DNA of 64,000 bases. It comes from an uncultured Candidatus Saccharibacteria bacterium. Lineage in GTDB: Bacteria > Patescibacteriota > UBA1384 > JAMDBS01 > DAOVQR01. This document shows, in pieces, positions 9,577 to 20,113 of this stretch. The stretch spans positions 29,283-93,282 of the forward strand of contig CAYZSW010000002.1 in the NCBI GenBank assembly GCA_964481135.1, read 5' to 3'. The notes under the pieces are model-generated. The model ran no database searches, was not told the origin of the DNA, and saw only the letters and a program-made list of their open reading frames with translations. Position numbers and translations under genes: made by a program. The stretch's first letter is position 1; each line of letters opens with the position of its first letter.

Positions 9577-10268
9577 ACTACAAATTCTCCACGAATCAAT
9601 GAAGATTTTTCTTTAGAATCTTCATTATTTTTATTTTTGAAATGTTGGATTACCTGTGAAATATTTCCTCTTATTACTTCTTCAAATTTTTTAGTTAATT
9701 CTCTTCCTACAACTGCATAACGATTACCCACAAAAAGTTGCATATCTTCAAGTGTACGCAAGATTCTATATGGCGATTCATAAAGCACAATAGCATCATA
9801 CAAATCCATATTTGAGATTTTCATTAAATTGCGCATAAGAGTTTGCCTGCCTTTTTTCTGGGGTAAGAATCCTAAAAACAAAAATCTATCCGACTTAATT
9901 CCAGAAACAGAAAGTAGTGTTGTTAAAGCTGATGACCCAGGAATAGGTATAACATTAATACTATTTTCAATCGCATTTTCAACCAATATTCCACCTGGAT
10001 CATTTATTCCTGGCGTACCAGCATCTGTTACAATTGCAATGTTTTTACCCGATTTTAGCATCTCAACAATCTCATTAATTTTTGTAATCTTTGAATGTTG
10101 ATGATAAGAGATTGTTGGAGTTTTGAGTTCATATTTGTTTAATAAAATTCTTGTATGTCTAGTATCTTCGCAAGCAATTAAATCAACATCGCGCAAAGTA
10201 TTTAAGGCGCGAATCGTAATATCTTCTAAATTTCCAATTGGTGTTGCCACCACAAACAAAGTTCCCAT
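9558..10268 (-). CDS. rsmI: 16S rRNA (cytidine1402-2'-O)-methyltransferase RsmI
   Basis: GTLFVVATPIGNLEDITIRALNTL...IACEDTRHTRILL. Confidence 0.9.
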   Translation of the reverse strand: MGTLFVVATPIGNLEDITIRALNTLRDVDLIACEDTRHTRILLNKYELKTPTISYHQHSKITKINEIVEMLKSGKNIAIVTDAGTPGINDPGGILVENAIENSINVIPIPGSSALTTLLSVSGIKSDRFLFLGFLPQKKGRQTLMRNLMKISNMDLYDAIVLYESPYRILRTLEDMQLFVGNRYAVVGRELTKKFEEVIRGNISQVIQHFKNKNNEDSKEKSSLIRGEFVVCIKSK

Positions 10269-10283
10269 TTTCTAAACCTTACT

Positions 10284-11132
10284 CTATTTATTAAAATTAG
10301 AATGCAATATATTAAATAATTTTATCCAGTCTTCTAAACTTAAATCTTCAGCTCTAAGAGATTTTTCAATACCAGCTCTATTTAATATATCAATAATTTG
10401 ATTTTTTGGTAAATTCAATCCATATCTCAGAGGATGATGAATTTGCCTTCTTTTTTGTGAAAATCCAATTTTAACTAACCTAAAAAATGCCTTAGTATCT
10501 ATATTCTTTGCTCCATGTTGCTTATTACTTGTTACTAATTTAATAATTGCACTATCAACTTTTGGTTCGGGCCAAAAACAATTACTTGGAACATAATCAA
10601 TAATTTCTGCTTTTGAATAAAACTCAACTAAAACTGTTAAAAATCCTCTTTCAGAACTTCCTGCTTTAGCGCAAATTCTTTCAGCAACCTCCTTTTGCAC
10701 CATTAAAATTAATTCTTGAGGTTTTTTTTCTGATGTTAAAAATTTTCTAATTAACGGAGAAGTAATTTGATATGGAATATTCGCCACCACTTTATAATCA
10801 TAATTAATATTCTCTAAATCATAAATTAAAATATCCTGACACACAATTTTTACATTTTTCTCTGACTTAAATTGCTTTCTTAATAGCTCAACTAGTTTTC
10901 TGTCTTTTTCTATAATTAAAACTAAGTTTGCTTTTTTAGCTAATTCATTAGTTAATACTCCTAGCCCAGGACCAACCTCTACTATATTATCTGTATCAGA
11001 AATTTTTGCGCTATTAATAATTTTGTTTAATATGTCTTGAGAGATTAAAAAATTTTGACCTAAACTTTTTTTAGCCCATAAATTATTTTCTTTCAAAATA
11101 TCTTTAATTGTGTCTTTGTTGGTTAGTACCAT
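10284..11132 (-). CDS. rsmA: 16S rRNA (adenine1518/1519-N6)-dimethyltransferase RsmA/KsgA
   Basis: KKSLGQNFLISQDILNKII, VVEVGPGLGVLT, NIPYQITSP. Confidence 0.9.
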   Translation of the reverse strand: MVLTNKDTIKDILKENNLWAKKSLGQNFLISQDILNKIINSAKISDTDNIVEVGPGLGVLTNELAKKANLVLIIEKDRKLVELLRKQFKSEKNVKIVCQDILIYDLENINYDYKVVANIPYQITSPLIRKFLTSEKKPQELILMVQKEVAERICAKAGSSERGFLTVLVEFYSKAEIIDYVPSNCFWPEPKVDSAIIKLVTSNKQHGAKNIDTKAFFRLVKIGFSQKRRQIHHPLRYGLNLPKNQIIDILNRAGIEKSLRAEDLSLEDWIKLFNILHSNFNK

Positions 11133-11199
11133 TAAGTATATTTTAACTTATATCTTGTTAAAATAACATAAAATTTTTATTTCTTCAAGGGTTATAGGG

Positions 11200-11228
11200 T
11201 TGACGAAAAAACAATTAAGTTTTATTAT
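11200..11228 (+). promoter_or_regulatory. candidate sigma70-type promoter of the V/A-ATPase operon
   Basis: TTGACG (11200-11205), 17-nt spacer, TATTAT (11223-11228), about 95 nt upstream of the first operon gene; sits in the divergent region between rsmA and the atp operon. Confidence 0.35.
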
Positions 11229-11320
11229 ATTACCTGAATTGATAATTAATATTATTAATTTTTACATACAAATCTATAAAAAATAGACATTAATTTAATT
11301 ATATAAAATAAAGAGGAAAT

Positions 11321-11623
11321 ATGAAAAATATAATTGATGATATCAAAAACCAAGAAATGAGCGCGCAAAAAATTATTGATGATGCACAAAAAAATGCAAA
11401 ACAAAACTTAGAAAAAGAAAAAATGCTTATTACATCACAGGAAGAAACCGAACTAAAAAATCATCAAAAAGTTTTAGATGAATTTATTCAAACAGCAGAG
11501 AAAGAAGCTCAAAAAGAAACTGAAGAAATAAATAAAAATAAAAAAAATCAGATTGATCGCTTGTCTAAGATAGATATTGAAAATGGAACACAAATAGTTT
11601 TAAATGAAATTTTTAATATATAA
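11321..11623 (+). CDS. atpH: V/A-type ATPase small stator subunit (H/G-like)
   Basis: 100-aa charged coiled-coil protein in first position of the operon (archaeal-type order H-I-K-E-C-F-A-B-D); SD AAGAGGAAAT upstream. Confidence 0.5.
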   Translation: MKNIIDDIKNQEMSAQKIIDDAQKNAKQNLEKEKMLITSQEETELKNHQKVLDEFIQTAEKEAQKETEEINKNKKNQIDRLSKIDIENGTQIVLNEIFNI

Positions 11624-11633
11624 ATAGGATTAT

Positions 11634-13622
11634 ATGGCCATCACACCAATGCAAAAAATTAATATTATTGGAATTAACTCTGAAAAAGAGTTAGTTTTAT
11701 CACATATTCAAAAAATGTCTTTGGTTGAGATAATCGAAATGAATCCCGATTTAATAAAACATATCTTACAAGAAGATACATACTTCCCAAAAAAAGAACA
11801 ACTGGAATTAAATATTGCTGAAGTTAAATTTTGTATAGATTTCCTAAATAAATATTATCAAGGCAAAAAACCAGGTCTTTTAGAAAGTTTTATTGGCAAT
11901 AAAATTAAAGTATCAAAAAAAGAATTTGAAAAGTTTGCCACATTAGATTACCCCAAAATTATTAACCAAATTAAATCTATAGATAATAATTTGTCAGAAA
12001 ATCAGAATAAATTAAATAAAATCCAATCAGCAATTAGTCAATTAGAAAATTTTGCTTCTCTTACTATACCAATTGGCGAACTTAAATCATTAAATAATTT
12101 TAATGTAGCTATTGGCTCTATGACCCAAAATAATTGGGATGGTTTCTATAAAAATATAAATGAACTATCAAAAGAAATTGCAATAGAGACATTTTCAAAA
12201 ATCGAAGATAAAGATAAAAAATTCTTTATTATTTACCCAAAGAATGAAGAAATTACAAAAAAAACTAATCAGTTATTGTCTCAAGCGAATTTTCAAACCG
12301 CGGATTTTATTCTAAATTATAACCAAACAATTAAAAAAGAAATTTTAGATCTGACTGATCAGAAAAACAAACTTATAACTTATATAAATCAACTGACTGG
12401 CGAAATTCAAAAATTTATGCAATATAGATTACCTTTAATGTGTTATTTTGATAAGTTAAACTGGAATAAGAATCTTAAAGAAACAACTAATTTAGCAATT
12501 GCAACAAAATATACATTTATTTTTTCCGCCTGGGCCAGAAAAGATGAAATTAATATAATTTCAGAAAACCTTAAAAAAATAAGTAGCAATATTGCAATAA
12601 TTCAAGTTGAACCAGAAAAAAATGAACAACCTCCAGTTGATCTTGAAAACAAAAAATTTGTTCAACCATTCGAAGCCGTAACAAATATCTACGGCATGCC
12701 AAAATATGCAGAACTTGATCCAACAGCATTTCTAGCACTTTTTTTTATAATATTCTTAGCACTGTGTTTAACTGATGCTGGATATGGATTAGTTTTAATT
12801 TTAATTACCTGGTGGATGCTTAAAAAAGTTGACCTTCCAGACAAAAGATTGGTTATCCTACTTCATTATGGTGGCTGGGCAACCTTAATTATTGGTGCCC
12901 TAGCAGGAGGATGGTTTGGCGTTGAAATTGATAAATTGACTTGGTCGCCTCTACAACAAGCCTTAAATTCAGTTAGAATAGTAAATCCTGTTGAAAATCC
13001 TTTGGCAATTATGGGCTTGTCTCTTGCTCTTGGAATTATTCAAATTTGGTTTGGAATTTTTATTAGTTTTTACTGGGGAATTAAACATAATCAAGTTAAA
13101 GAATCAATTTATGATAAAGTCCCATGGTTAATGCTCATTCCATCTTTAATATTTTTTGCTTTAGTAAAAACAAATGTATTCCCTACTTCATTAAGTACAA
13201 TATCAATAATATTTTTATTATTATCTGTAGCTTTAGTAGTTATTTCTAAAGGAAGAACACAAAAAAATCCACTTTTAGCAATTCCTGTTGGTGTTTTAGG
13301 ATTATACGATTTAATAGGATATTTTTCAGATACATTATCTTATTCTCGTCTCTTGGCATTAGGACTTGCAACTGGTATAATTGGCTTGGTAATTAATATG
13401 ATAGCAGATTTATTTAAAGGAATCCCTTATGTTGGATGGTTAATTTTCATTTTAGTCTTGGTTGGTGGACACACCTTTAACCTTGCTATCAATTTACTTG
13501 GGGCGTTCATTCATTCTGCCCGTTTACAATATGTGGAATTTTTTACAAAATTTATGGAAGGTGGAGGTAAAAAATTTACTCCTTTTTCCAAAAATAGTAT
13601 ATATACAAATATTAACGAATAA
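11634..13622 (+). CDS. atpI: V/A-type ATPase subunit I (a subunit)
   Basis: 662 aa; hydrophilic N-terminal half, then multiple TM helices including the conserved Arg-containing helix (SRLLALGLATG). Confidence 0.9.
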   Translation: MAITPMQKINIIGINSEKELVLSHIQKMSLVEIIEMNPDLIKHILQEDTYFPKKEQLELNIAEVKFCIDFLNKYYQGKKPGLLESFIGNKIKVSKKEFEKFATLDYPKIINQIKSIDNNLSENQNKLNKIQSAISQLENFASLTIPIGELKSLNNFNVAIGSMTQNNWDGFYKNINELSKEIAIETFSKIEDKDKKFFIIYPKNEEITKKTNQLLSQANFQTADFILNYNQTIKKEILDLTDQKNKLITYINQLTGEIQKFMQYRLPLMCYFDKLNWNKNLKETTNLAIATKYTFIFSAWARKDEINIISENLKKISSNIAIIQVEPEKNEQPPVDLENKKFVQPFEAVTNIYGMPKYAELDPTAFLALFFIIFLALCLTDAGYGLVLILITWWMLKKVDLPDKRLVILLHYGGWATLIIGALAGGWFGVEIDKLTWSPLQQALNSVRIVNPVENPLAIMGLSLALGIIQIWFGIFISFYWGIKHNQVKESIYDKVPWLMLIPSLIFFALVKTNVFPTSLSTISIIFLLLSVALVVISKGRTQKNPLLAIPVGVLGLYDLIGYFSDTLSYSRLLALGLATGIIGLVINMIADLFKGIPYVGWLIFILVLVGGHTFNLAINLLGAFIHSARLQYVEFFTKFMEGGGKKFTPFSKNSIYTNINE

Positions 13623-13734
13623 AATTTAATAGTTATAATAGCCACCGATTCTTAATCACTGATAACACTGATAAATATAATAATTCAAATCTGTGAAATC
13701 CGTGTAAAAAGATCTGTGGTAAGAAAGGAATTAA

Positions 13735-14205
13735 ATGACATTAGGATTAGTTTTAGCAATCATTGGGGCAGCATTATCTGTAGTTTTAGCAGGTATTGGT
13801 TCGATTATTGGAGTAGGTCTTGCCGGTCAAGCAGGTGCAGGTATTACTTCAGAAGAACCTGAAAAATTTGGTAAAGTACTTCTTTTAGAAGCACTTCCTG
13901 GTACACAAGGTATATATGGATTTTTAGGTACCTTTTGGGTCATGATGAAAACACAATTGCTTTCTGGTGGCGTACAAATTGATACAAATACTGGTTTAGT
14001 GATTTTACTTTCATGTTTACCTGTTGCTCTTGCTGGTTTATTTTCAGGAATTTATCAAGGCAAGGTTTCTGTTGCAGGCATGAACATTGTTTCTAAACAA
14101 CCAGGTGATTCTGGTAAAGCTATTATTTTAGCTGTTATGGTAGAAACTTATGCTGTTCTTGGGCTTTTAGCCACTATCTTATTAATTAACGGCATACAAG
14201 TATAA
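13735..14205 (+). CDS. atpK: V/A-type ATPase proteolipid subunit K (c)
   Basis: 156 aa; duplicated hairpin proteolipid with a conserved Glu (VMVETYAVLGL). Confidence 0.9.
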   Translation: MTLGLVLAIIGAALSVVLAGIGSIIGVGLAGQAGAGITSEEPEKFGKVLLLEALPGTQGIYGFLGTFWVMMKTQLLSGGVQIDTNTGLVILLSCLPVALAGLFSGIYQGKVSVAGMNIVSKQPGDSGKAIILAVMVETYAVLGLLATILLINGIQV

Positions 14206-14221
14206 TAGAAAATTTTAAAAT

Positions 14222-14295
14222 AACAAATAACACTCGTCTCGACTCGGATGTCGATCCGAGGCGGGAATGACAAATAAATTACAATATCAAAACTA
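14222..14295 (+). promoter_or_regulatory. conserved intra-operon hairpin element (copy 1, before atpE)
   Basis: ACAAATAACA...GTCTCGACTCGG...hairpin CTCGGAT-GTCG-ATCCGAG...GGCGGGA...AAATTACAATATCAAAA; a near-copy at 18205-18285 shares motifs and order. Confidence 0.45.
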
Positions 14296-14364
14296 CAATC
14301 ACTAAAAATATTTAGAATTTATAAATTAATATTTTGAATTTATTGAAAGTTTGGTGATTATAAA

Positions 14365-14979
14365 TTGATATTTACTCCCTCAAGGAGTCATATGAGCTTA
14401 GAAGACATCAAAAAGAAAATTCTTGCAGACGCAAAACAACAAGCTGAGCAAATTACTAAAGACAGTAAAAACGAAATTTCTAATTTAAGAAAATCGTCTG
14501 AAGAAAAAATTAATGAAATCAAAAAGAAAAATACTGTAAAAGCTAAATATGAAGCTAAAAACAAAGCTAGAAGTATTTTAATTAGTACAAGTATTGAAGC
14601 CAAAAATGAAATATTAAAACAAAAGAGAACAATAATTGAAAAAATACTCAATAGTAGTATTAAAAAACTTGAAAATCTCCCAGATAATGAATATAAAAAA
14701 ATTATCGGTTTGCAGATGCAAAAGCTACAATCGCTAAATCTACAAAATATTAAAATCATACCTGTTAAAAATAAAAAAGAATTAATTAGCAATATAGCAA
14801 ATGAATTATTAAATAAAAAAGCTCAAATAGGTGAAGAAACGGATAGAATTAAAGGTGGTTTTCTAGTTGAATCAGATCAAACTATTATTGATTTTTCTTT
14901 TGAAAATTTAGTTAATGAATTAAAACCTCAGCTTGAAAAAAAATTATCTGCTAATTTGTTTAAAGGATTAAATGAGTAA
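14365..14979 (+). CDS. atpE: V/A-type ATPase subunit E
   Basis: 204-aa Lys/Glu-rich helical protein with C-terminal GGFLVESDQTIIDFSFENL, typical of E subunits; correct operon position. Confidence 0.8.
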   Translation: MIFTPSRSHMSLEDIKKKILADAKQQAEQITKDSKNEISNLRKSSEEKINEIKKKNTVKAKYEAKNKARSILISTSIEAKNEILKQKRTIIEKILNSSIKKLENLPDNEYKKIIGLQMQKLQSLNLQNIKIIPVKNKKELISNIANELLNKKAQIGEETDRIKGGFLVESDQTIIDFSFENLVNELKPQLEKKLSANLFKGLNE

Positions 14980-15982
14980 CGAAAATTATGCATTCGCTGT
15001 TGCCAATATTCGTTCGCAGGAAAAAAAATTGATACAAAAAAATCAATTAGAAAGATTAATTGATGCTCCAAACGCTTCTGCTTTTTTCGAATCATTGAAT
15101 GAAACAGCATACGCAAAACATTTTACGGAAACAAAAAATCCAGAAGATTATAGCGTAATCTTAGCCAAAACAATGTTAGAAACAAAAAATCTTTTAACTA
15201 AAATCTGCCCATATAAAGAAAATCTAAATTGGCTTTGGCTTAAATATGATTTTTTAAACATAAAATTTGCCATTAAAAATTATTTAACAAAAAACCAATT
15301 AAAACTTGAAGATTTTAATAATTTAGGTGAAATTAAACCTGAAAAAATTATAAAATATTTTGAAAAAAATGAAAAAAAGTCTTTACCCGTAAATATCGAA
15401 AAAATTATTCAAAAATCAATAAAAAAGTTTGAAAAAGAGAAAAACCCTAGCCAAATAGATGAAATACTGGACCAAGAATACTTCGTATGTTTGAGTTCTG
15501 AAATCAATAAGACAAATTCAAGGCAAATTAAAAATCTAATTAAAGCAAAAATTGATTTAAATAATTTAAAACTATTAATTCGATACAAATATCTAAAAAA
15601 AACAATTAATGAATTTGAAAAAAATATTTGCAAAGGTGGTACCATATCCACAAAAGATCTGAAAAATGCATTTGACTCAAATTTCGAGGATATTCAAAAA
15701 AATGCAAAATTTATTGATTATGATTTAATTTTAAAAGCAGGAATAAAGTATCTAATAGAAGAAAAATCATATTTGATTTTCGAAAAATTATCTTACGAAT
15801 ATTTTTTAGAAAAGCTTAGATTTGCCAAATATGAAGCATTTGGCGTAGAACCATTAATTGCTTTTTGGCTAGCAAAAGACAATGAAACAAATATTATTCA
15901 AATTATCATGATAGGAAAATTAAACAATATTGAACCAAAAATTATTCATCAACAATTACATAAATTATATACGGAAAAATAA
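14972..15982 (+). CDS. atpC: V/A-type ATPase subunit C (d)
   Basis: 336 aa all-helical; operon position between E and F; overlaps atpE by 8 nt. Confidence 0.75.
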   Translation: MSNENYAFAVANIRSQEKKLIQKNQLERLIDAPNASAFFESLNETAYAKHFTETKNPEDYSVILAKTMLETKNLLTKICPYKENLNWLWLKYDFLNIKFAIKNYLTKNQLKLEDFNNLGEIKPEKIIKYFEKNEKKSLPVNIEKIIQKSIKKFEKEKNPSQIDEILDQEYFVCLSSEINKTNSRQIKNLIKAKIDLNNLKLLIRYKYLKKTINEFEKNICKGGTISTKDLKNAFDSNFEDIQKNAKFIDYDLILKAGIKYLIEEKSYLIFEKLSYEYFLEKLRFAKYEAFGVEPLIAFWLAKDNETNIIQIIMIGKLNNIEPKIIHQQLHKLYTEK

Positions 15983-16029
15983 TTTTAAATAAACTGGTAT
16001 TTCTAAAATAAGCTTTAATATAAATCATT

Positions 16030-16377
16030 ATGAACAATATAAATAATACAAAAGATAAAGAAATTATAATTATTGGAAAAGAAAATGTTGTATCATGTTT
16101 TCGTTTTTTAGGATTCAAAACATTATATATAAACGAAAAAAATGCCTTAGACAAATTTCTACAATTAAAACAAAACATTGAAAATTACGGAATCATTTAT
16201 ATAACTGAAGATTTTTATAATATATTAAAAGAAGAAATTGAAAAAATTTCACAAAAGGTTATGCCAGCAATTGTACTGATACCAAATAATTCTGGTAGTC
16301 AAAACATTGCCTACAACATGATGAAAAAAACTGTTGAACAGGCAGCTGGGTCAGACATCTTATCCAATAAAAATTAG
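16030..16377 (+). CDS. atpF: V/A-type ATPase subunit F
   Basis: 115 aa; IIIIGKENVVSCFRFLGF...IIYITEDF...PAIVLIPN pattern of F subunits. Confidence 0.75.
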   Translation: MNNINNTKDKEIIIIGKENVVSCFRFLGFKTLYINEKNALDKFLQLKQNIENYGIIYITEDFYNILKEEIEKISQKVMPAIVLIPNNSGSQNIAYNMMKKTVEQAAGSDILSNKN

Positions 16378-16424
16378 CCAAAAGCTAATAGCAAATCGCT
16401 AGTAGCTTCAACATAGGAGTTTAC

Positions 16425-18191
16425 ATGAATGGAAAAATTTCAAAAGTATCAGGACCGCTAGTAATAGCTAAAAATCTAGAAGGCGCTAGAATGTACGATG
16501 TAGCCAAAGTTTCTAAAGAAAAACTTATTGGCGAAATTATTCAAATAGATCAAGATCAAGTATCAATTCAAGTATATGAAGATACCGCTGGTCTTGGACC
16601 TAACGAAGAGGTAGAAACAACTAATATCCCTCTTTCTGTAACTTTAGGGCCAGGTCTAATTAGTTCAATTTATGACGGTATCCAACGCCCACTTGAATTA
16701 ATGCAAAAAAAAGCTGGAGCTTATATTACTCGAGGAATCGAAGTCCCAAAACTTGATTTAAATAAAAAATGGAAATTCAAACCGCTAGTTAAAACAGGTG
16801 ATAAAGTAGAAGGTGGCGATATAATTGGAGAAGTAGATGAAACATCTTTAATTAAACACAAAATCATGGTTCCACCTAGTATTAAAAATGGCACAATTAA
16901 AGATATTAAATCTGGTGAATACACTGTGCAAGATATAATTGCTGTAGTCCTGACAAAAGATAAAGAAGAATCAATAAAGATGATGCAAGAATGGCCAATT
17001 CGTAAAGCTAGACCATACAAAGATAAAATTGTTCCGAAAACGCCACTTGTAACTGGCCAAAGAATTATTGATACCTTTTTTCCAATCGCTAAAGGTGGAA
17101 CCGCTTGCGTACCTGGTCCTTTTGGATCCGGTAAAACTGTTGTTCAGCACCAACTTGCCAAATGGGCAGATGCCGATATTATTATCTTTATTGGCTGTGG
17201 TGAAAGAGGAAATGAAATGACAGATGTACTACAAGAATTCCCAGAACTTAAGGATCCAAAATCTGGCGAACCACTTATGAAAAGAACTGTTTTAATCGCT
17301 AACACATCAAATATGCCAGTAGCTGCTCGTGAGGCTTCAATTTATACTGGAGTTACTATTGGAGAATATTTTAGAGATATGGGTTACAAAGTTGCACTTA
17401 TGGCTGACTCAACTAGTCGTTGGGCAGAAGCACTCCGTGAAATGTCAGGTCGTCTAGAAGAAATGCCTGGCGAAGAAGGATATCCAGCTTATTTAGGATC
17501 AAGAACAGCAACTTTTTATGAAAGATCAGGACAAGTTAAGTGCGCCGGATCTCAAGAACGCCAAGGATCTTTAACATTAGTTGGAGCTGTTTCTCCTCCT
17601 GGTGGTGATCTTTCTGAACCAGTAACTCAAAATACTTTAAGATGCGTAAAGGTTTTTTGGGGTCTTGATGCATCACTTGCATATAAAAGACACTTCCCTG
17701 CCATTAATTGGCTTGATAGTTATTCTTTATATATTGATGATATTCAAGATTATATTAAAAAAGAAGTTTCTGAGAATTGGTTTAATCTAAGAACAGAAGC
17801 AATGGACTTACTCCAAAAAGAAGAAGCTTTGCAAGAAATCGTTCGTCTTGTAGGAGTTGAATCGCTTTCTGCTTCAGATCAGTTAACGCTAGAAACTGCA
17901 AAAAGTATTCGAGAAGATTATCTTATGCAAAACGCTTTTGATGATACAGATACCTATACTTCTCTACCAAAACAAGCTAAAATGCTAGAAGTAATTATTA
18001 AACTTCATCAAAAAAGAACAGAAATTATTAAAACCAATACCGAAATTGAACTAAAAAAATTATTTGGCCAAATAGAAAATTCACCGATGTATCAAATAAA
18101 TCAAGATATTGCTAAAATGAAATTTATCCCTGAAAAAGAAATAAATAAATATGACGAATTAATTGAAAAAATAGAAAAAACAGAAATATAA
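16425..18191 (+). CDS. atpA: V/A-type ATPase catalytic subunit A
   Basis: 588 aa; Walker A GPFGSGKTV, plus the non-homologous insert region typical of A subunits; no intein (length normal). Confidence 0.97.
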   Translation: MNGKISKVSGPLVIAKNLEGARMYDVAKVSKEKLIGEIIQIDQDQVSIQVYEDTAGLGPNEEVETTNIPLSVTLGPGLISSIYDGIQRPLELMQKKAGAYITRGIEVPKLDLNKKWKFKPLVKTGDKVEGGDIIGEVDETSLIKHKIMVPPSIKNGTIKDIKSGEYTVQDIIAVVLTKDKEESIKMMQEWPIRKARPYKDKIVPKTPLVTGQRIIDTFFPIAKGGTACVPGPFGSGKTVVQHQLAKWADADIIIFIGCGERGNEMTDVLQEFPELKDPKSGEPLMKRTVLIANTSNMPVAAREASIYTGVTIGEYFRDMGYKVALMADSTSRWAEALREMSGRLEEMPGEEGYPAYLGSRTATFYERSGQVKCAGSQERQGSLTLVGAVSPPGGDLSEPVTQNTLRCVKVFWGLDASLAYKRHFPAINWLDSYSLYIDDIQDYIKKEVSENWFNLRTEAMDLLQKEEALQEIVRLVGVESLSASDQLTLETAKSIREDYLMQNAFDDTDTYTSLPKQAKMLEVIIKLHQKRTEIIKTNTEIELKKLFGQIENSPMYQINQDIAKMKFIPEKEINKYDELIEKIEKTEI

Positions 18192-18204
18192 TATAAAAAT
18201 TACA

Positions 18205-18285
18205 AATAACAAATTACAAATTTCCAATATCAAACCTGTCTCGACTTGGTCGAGCCAAGGCGGATAAATTACAATGATCAAAATC
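18205..18285 (+). promoter_or_regulatory. conserved intra-operon hairpin element (copy 2, before atpB)
   Basis: ACAAATAACA...GTCTCGACTTGG-TCGAG-CCAAGGCGGATAAATTACAATGATCAAAA; hairpin CTCGAC-TTG-GTCGAG. Confidence 0.45.
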
Positions 18286-18376
18286 CAAATATATTAATAA
18301 TTTAAGAATTGAGATTTGAAAAATTATTTATAATTTGGTGCTTGAGATTTGCTATTTATTCCTGAAAGGAATCTAT

Positions 18377-19879
18377 ATGCAAAAAGAATACAAAACAATT
18401 AAATCAATAAGCGGACCTCTAGTTTTAGTGGATAAAACCATAGATATTAAATACGAAGAAATGGTTGAAATCGAATTACCAAGTGGCGAAAAAAGAAGAG
18501 GTAAGGTTTTAGAAATCAACGAAGACAAAGCTCTTGTACAAATGTTTGAGGGCTCATCGGAAATTCTTCCATCAGAAACTAAAGTAAAATTTTTAGGCAA
18601 AACTGCAAAAATTTCCGTTTCAGAAGAAATGCTAGGTAGAGTTTTTTCTGGAGCAGGAAAACCTATTGACGGTGGAGCTGAAATCATTGCTGACCAAGAG
18701 CTAGACATCAATGGTAACCCTTTAAATCCATATGCCAGAAATTATCCAAACGATTTTATTCAAACAGGAATTTCAACTATAGATGGATTAAATACTCTAG
18801 TTAGAGGACAAAAATTACCTATTTTTTCCGGCTCTGGTTTGCCTCACTCCCGTTTAGCTACCCAAATTGCTCGTCAAGCCAAAGTGATTGGCAAAGCCAA
18901 TCATCCTGAGCGATCCTCTGGCGGAGAGTCGAAGGATCTTAATAGAAAAGATGAAAAAGAGAAATTTGCTGTAGTATTTGCAGCTATGGGTATTACTTTT
19001 GAAGAAGCGAACTATTTTATTGAAGATTTTAAAAAAACCGGCGCTATTGAAAAATCAGTACTTTTCATTAATTTAGCAAATGATCCGGTTGTAGAGCGTA
19101 TTTCTACCCCTCGCTTGGCATTAACCTGCGCTGAATATTTAGCATATGAAAAAGGAATGCATGTGCTAGTAATATTGACTGATCTAACAAATTATTGCGA
19201 GGCTTTAAGAGAAATATCTGCAGCGCGTAAAGAGGTGCCTGGCCGTCGTGGCTATCCAGGATATTTATACACCGATCTCTCAACACTCTATGAAAGAGCT
19301 GGAAGAATCAAAGGAAAAGAAGGTTCTATTACTCAAATTCCGATTTTAACTATGCCTGAAGATGATAAAACTCATCCTATCCCAGATTTAACCGGTTACA
19401 TTACTGAAGGACAAATTATGCTTTCCCGCCAATTATACAATACCGGCGCAATGCCTCCTGTTGATGTTTTACCATCTTTATCTCGTCTAAAAGACAAGGG
19501 CATTGGTGAAGGCAAAACAAGAGAAGATCATTCTCAAGTATTGAATCAATTGTTTGCATCATACGCTAGAGGCAAAGAAGCAAAAGAGCTTGCTGTTATT
19601 CTTGGAGAAGCAGCACTTTCTGATGTTGATAAAAAATTCGTAGAATTTGCTAATCGATTTGAAAAAGAATTTGTATCGCAAGGCGAAAATGAAGATAGAA
19701 CTATTATTGAAACTCTTGATTTAGGATGGAAATTAATGAGCATTATTCCAGTTTCAGAACTTAAGCGTCTTAAACCAGATATGATCGCTAAGTATATGCC
19801 ACGGACAGAGTCCGAACGTAAAACTCAAAACGAAAAAGTTAAAACAGAAGAAAAAGAAAGAAAAAATAAATTAACCTAA
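18377..19879 (+). CDS. atpB: V/A-type ATPase subunit B
   Basis: Start placed at ATG 18377 with SD AAAGGAA. The ORF-track start at 18335 is a [17 protein letters not shown]...FSGSGLPH...[10 protein letters not shown]. Contains a GC-richer ~25-aa insert ([24 protein letters not shown]) and a Lys/Glu-rich C-terminal tail. Confidence 0.95.
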   Translation: MQKEYKTIKSISGPLVLVDKTIDIKYEEMVEIELPSGEKRRGKVLEINEDKALVQMFEGSSEILPSETKVKFLGKTAKISVSEEMLGRVFSGAGKPIDGGAEIIADQELDINGNPLNPYARNYPNDFIQTGISTIDGLNTLVRGQKLPIFSGSGLPHSRLATQIARQAKVIGKANHPERSSGGESKDLNRKDEKEKFAVVFAAMGITFEEANYFIEDFKKTGAIEKSVLFINLANDPVVERISTPRLALTCAEYLAYEKGMHVLVILTDLTNYCEALREISAARKEVPGRRGYPGYLYTDLSTLYERAGRIKGKEGSITQIPILTMPEDDKTHPIPDLTGYITEGQIMLSRQLYNTGAMPPVDVLPSLSRLKDKGIGEGKTREDHSQVLNQLFASYARGKEAKELAVILGEAALSDVDKKFVEFANRFEKEFVSQGENEDRTIIETLDLGWKLMSIIPVSELKRLKPDMIAKYMPRTESERKTQNEKVKTEEKERKNKLT

Positions 19880-19890
19880 TTAATCTAATT

Positions 19891-19935
19891 TCCCCGCCTG
19901 CCAATCGCTTGAAGCGATAGCTAATGGCGGGCAGG
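19891..19935. repeat. GC-rich nested palindromic element (family member E1) just after the atpB stop
   Basis: CCCCGCCTGCC-A-ATCGC-TTGAA-GCGAT-AGCTAATGGCG-GGCAGG: outer CCTGCC/GGCAGG and inner ATCGC/GCGAT inverted repeats; shares the CCCGCCTGCC motif with 44745 and 59291. Confidence 0.6.
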
Positions 19936-20113
19936 TAATTAACCTAAATAAGTTCCAATATTCAATGACTAAATAAAAATATTTTTAAGAAATTAGGATT
20001 TAAGATTTATTTAGAATAATTAGGTTAATTAGAGCAATTAGAAATTTTAATAAAATTTATTATTAGATTAAAATTATCAATTTAAAAACAAATGGTATTA
20101 AAGGAAACATAGT

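Noticed and set aside
11133-11320. Replication origin at the minus-to-plus strand switch between rsmA and the atp operon
   Set aside because: Only 190 bp and no DnaA-box 9-mers were seen; the region is explained by a divergent promoter.
14388-14792. Antisense ORFs inside V-ATPase genes (14388..14792, 16721..17153, 18373..18711, 19104..19743, 20467..20649)
   Set aside because: All are on the opposite strand of strongly conserved atp genes and are low-complexity.
16425-18191. Intein in V-ATPase A subunit or in DnaB
   Set aside because: Both proteins have normal lengths (588 and 460 aa) with contiguous conserved motifs, so there is no room for an intein.
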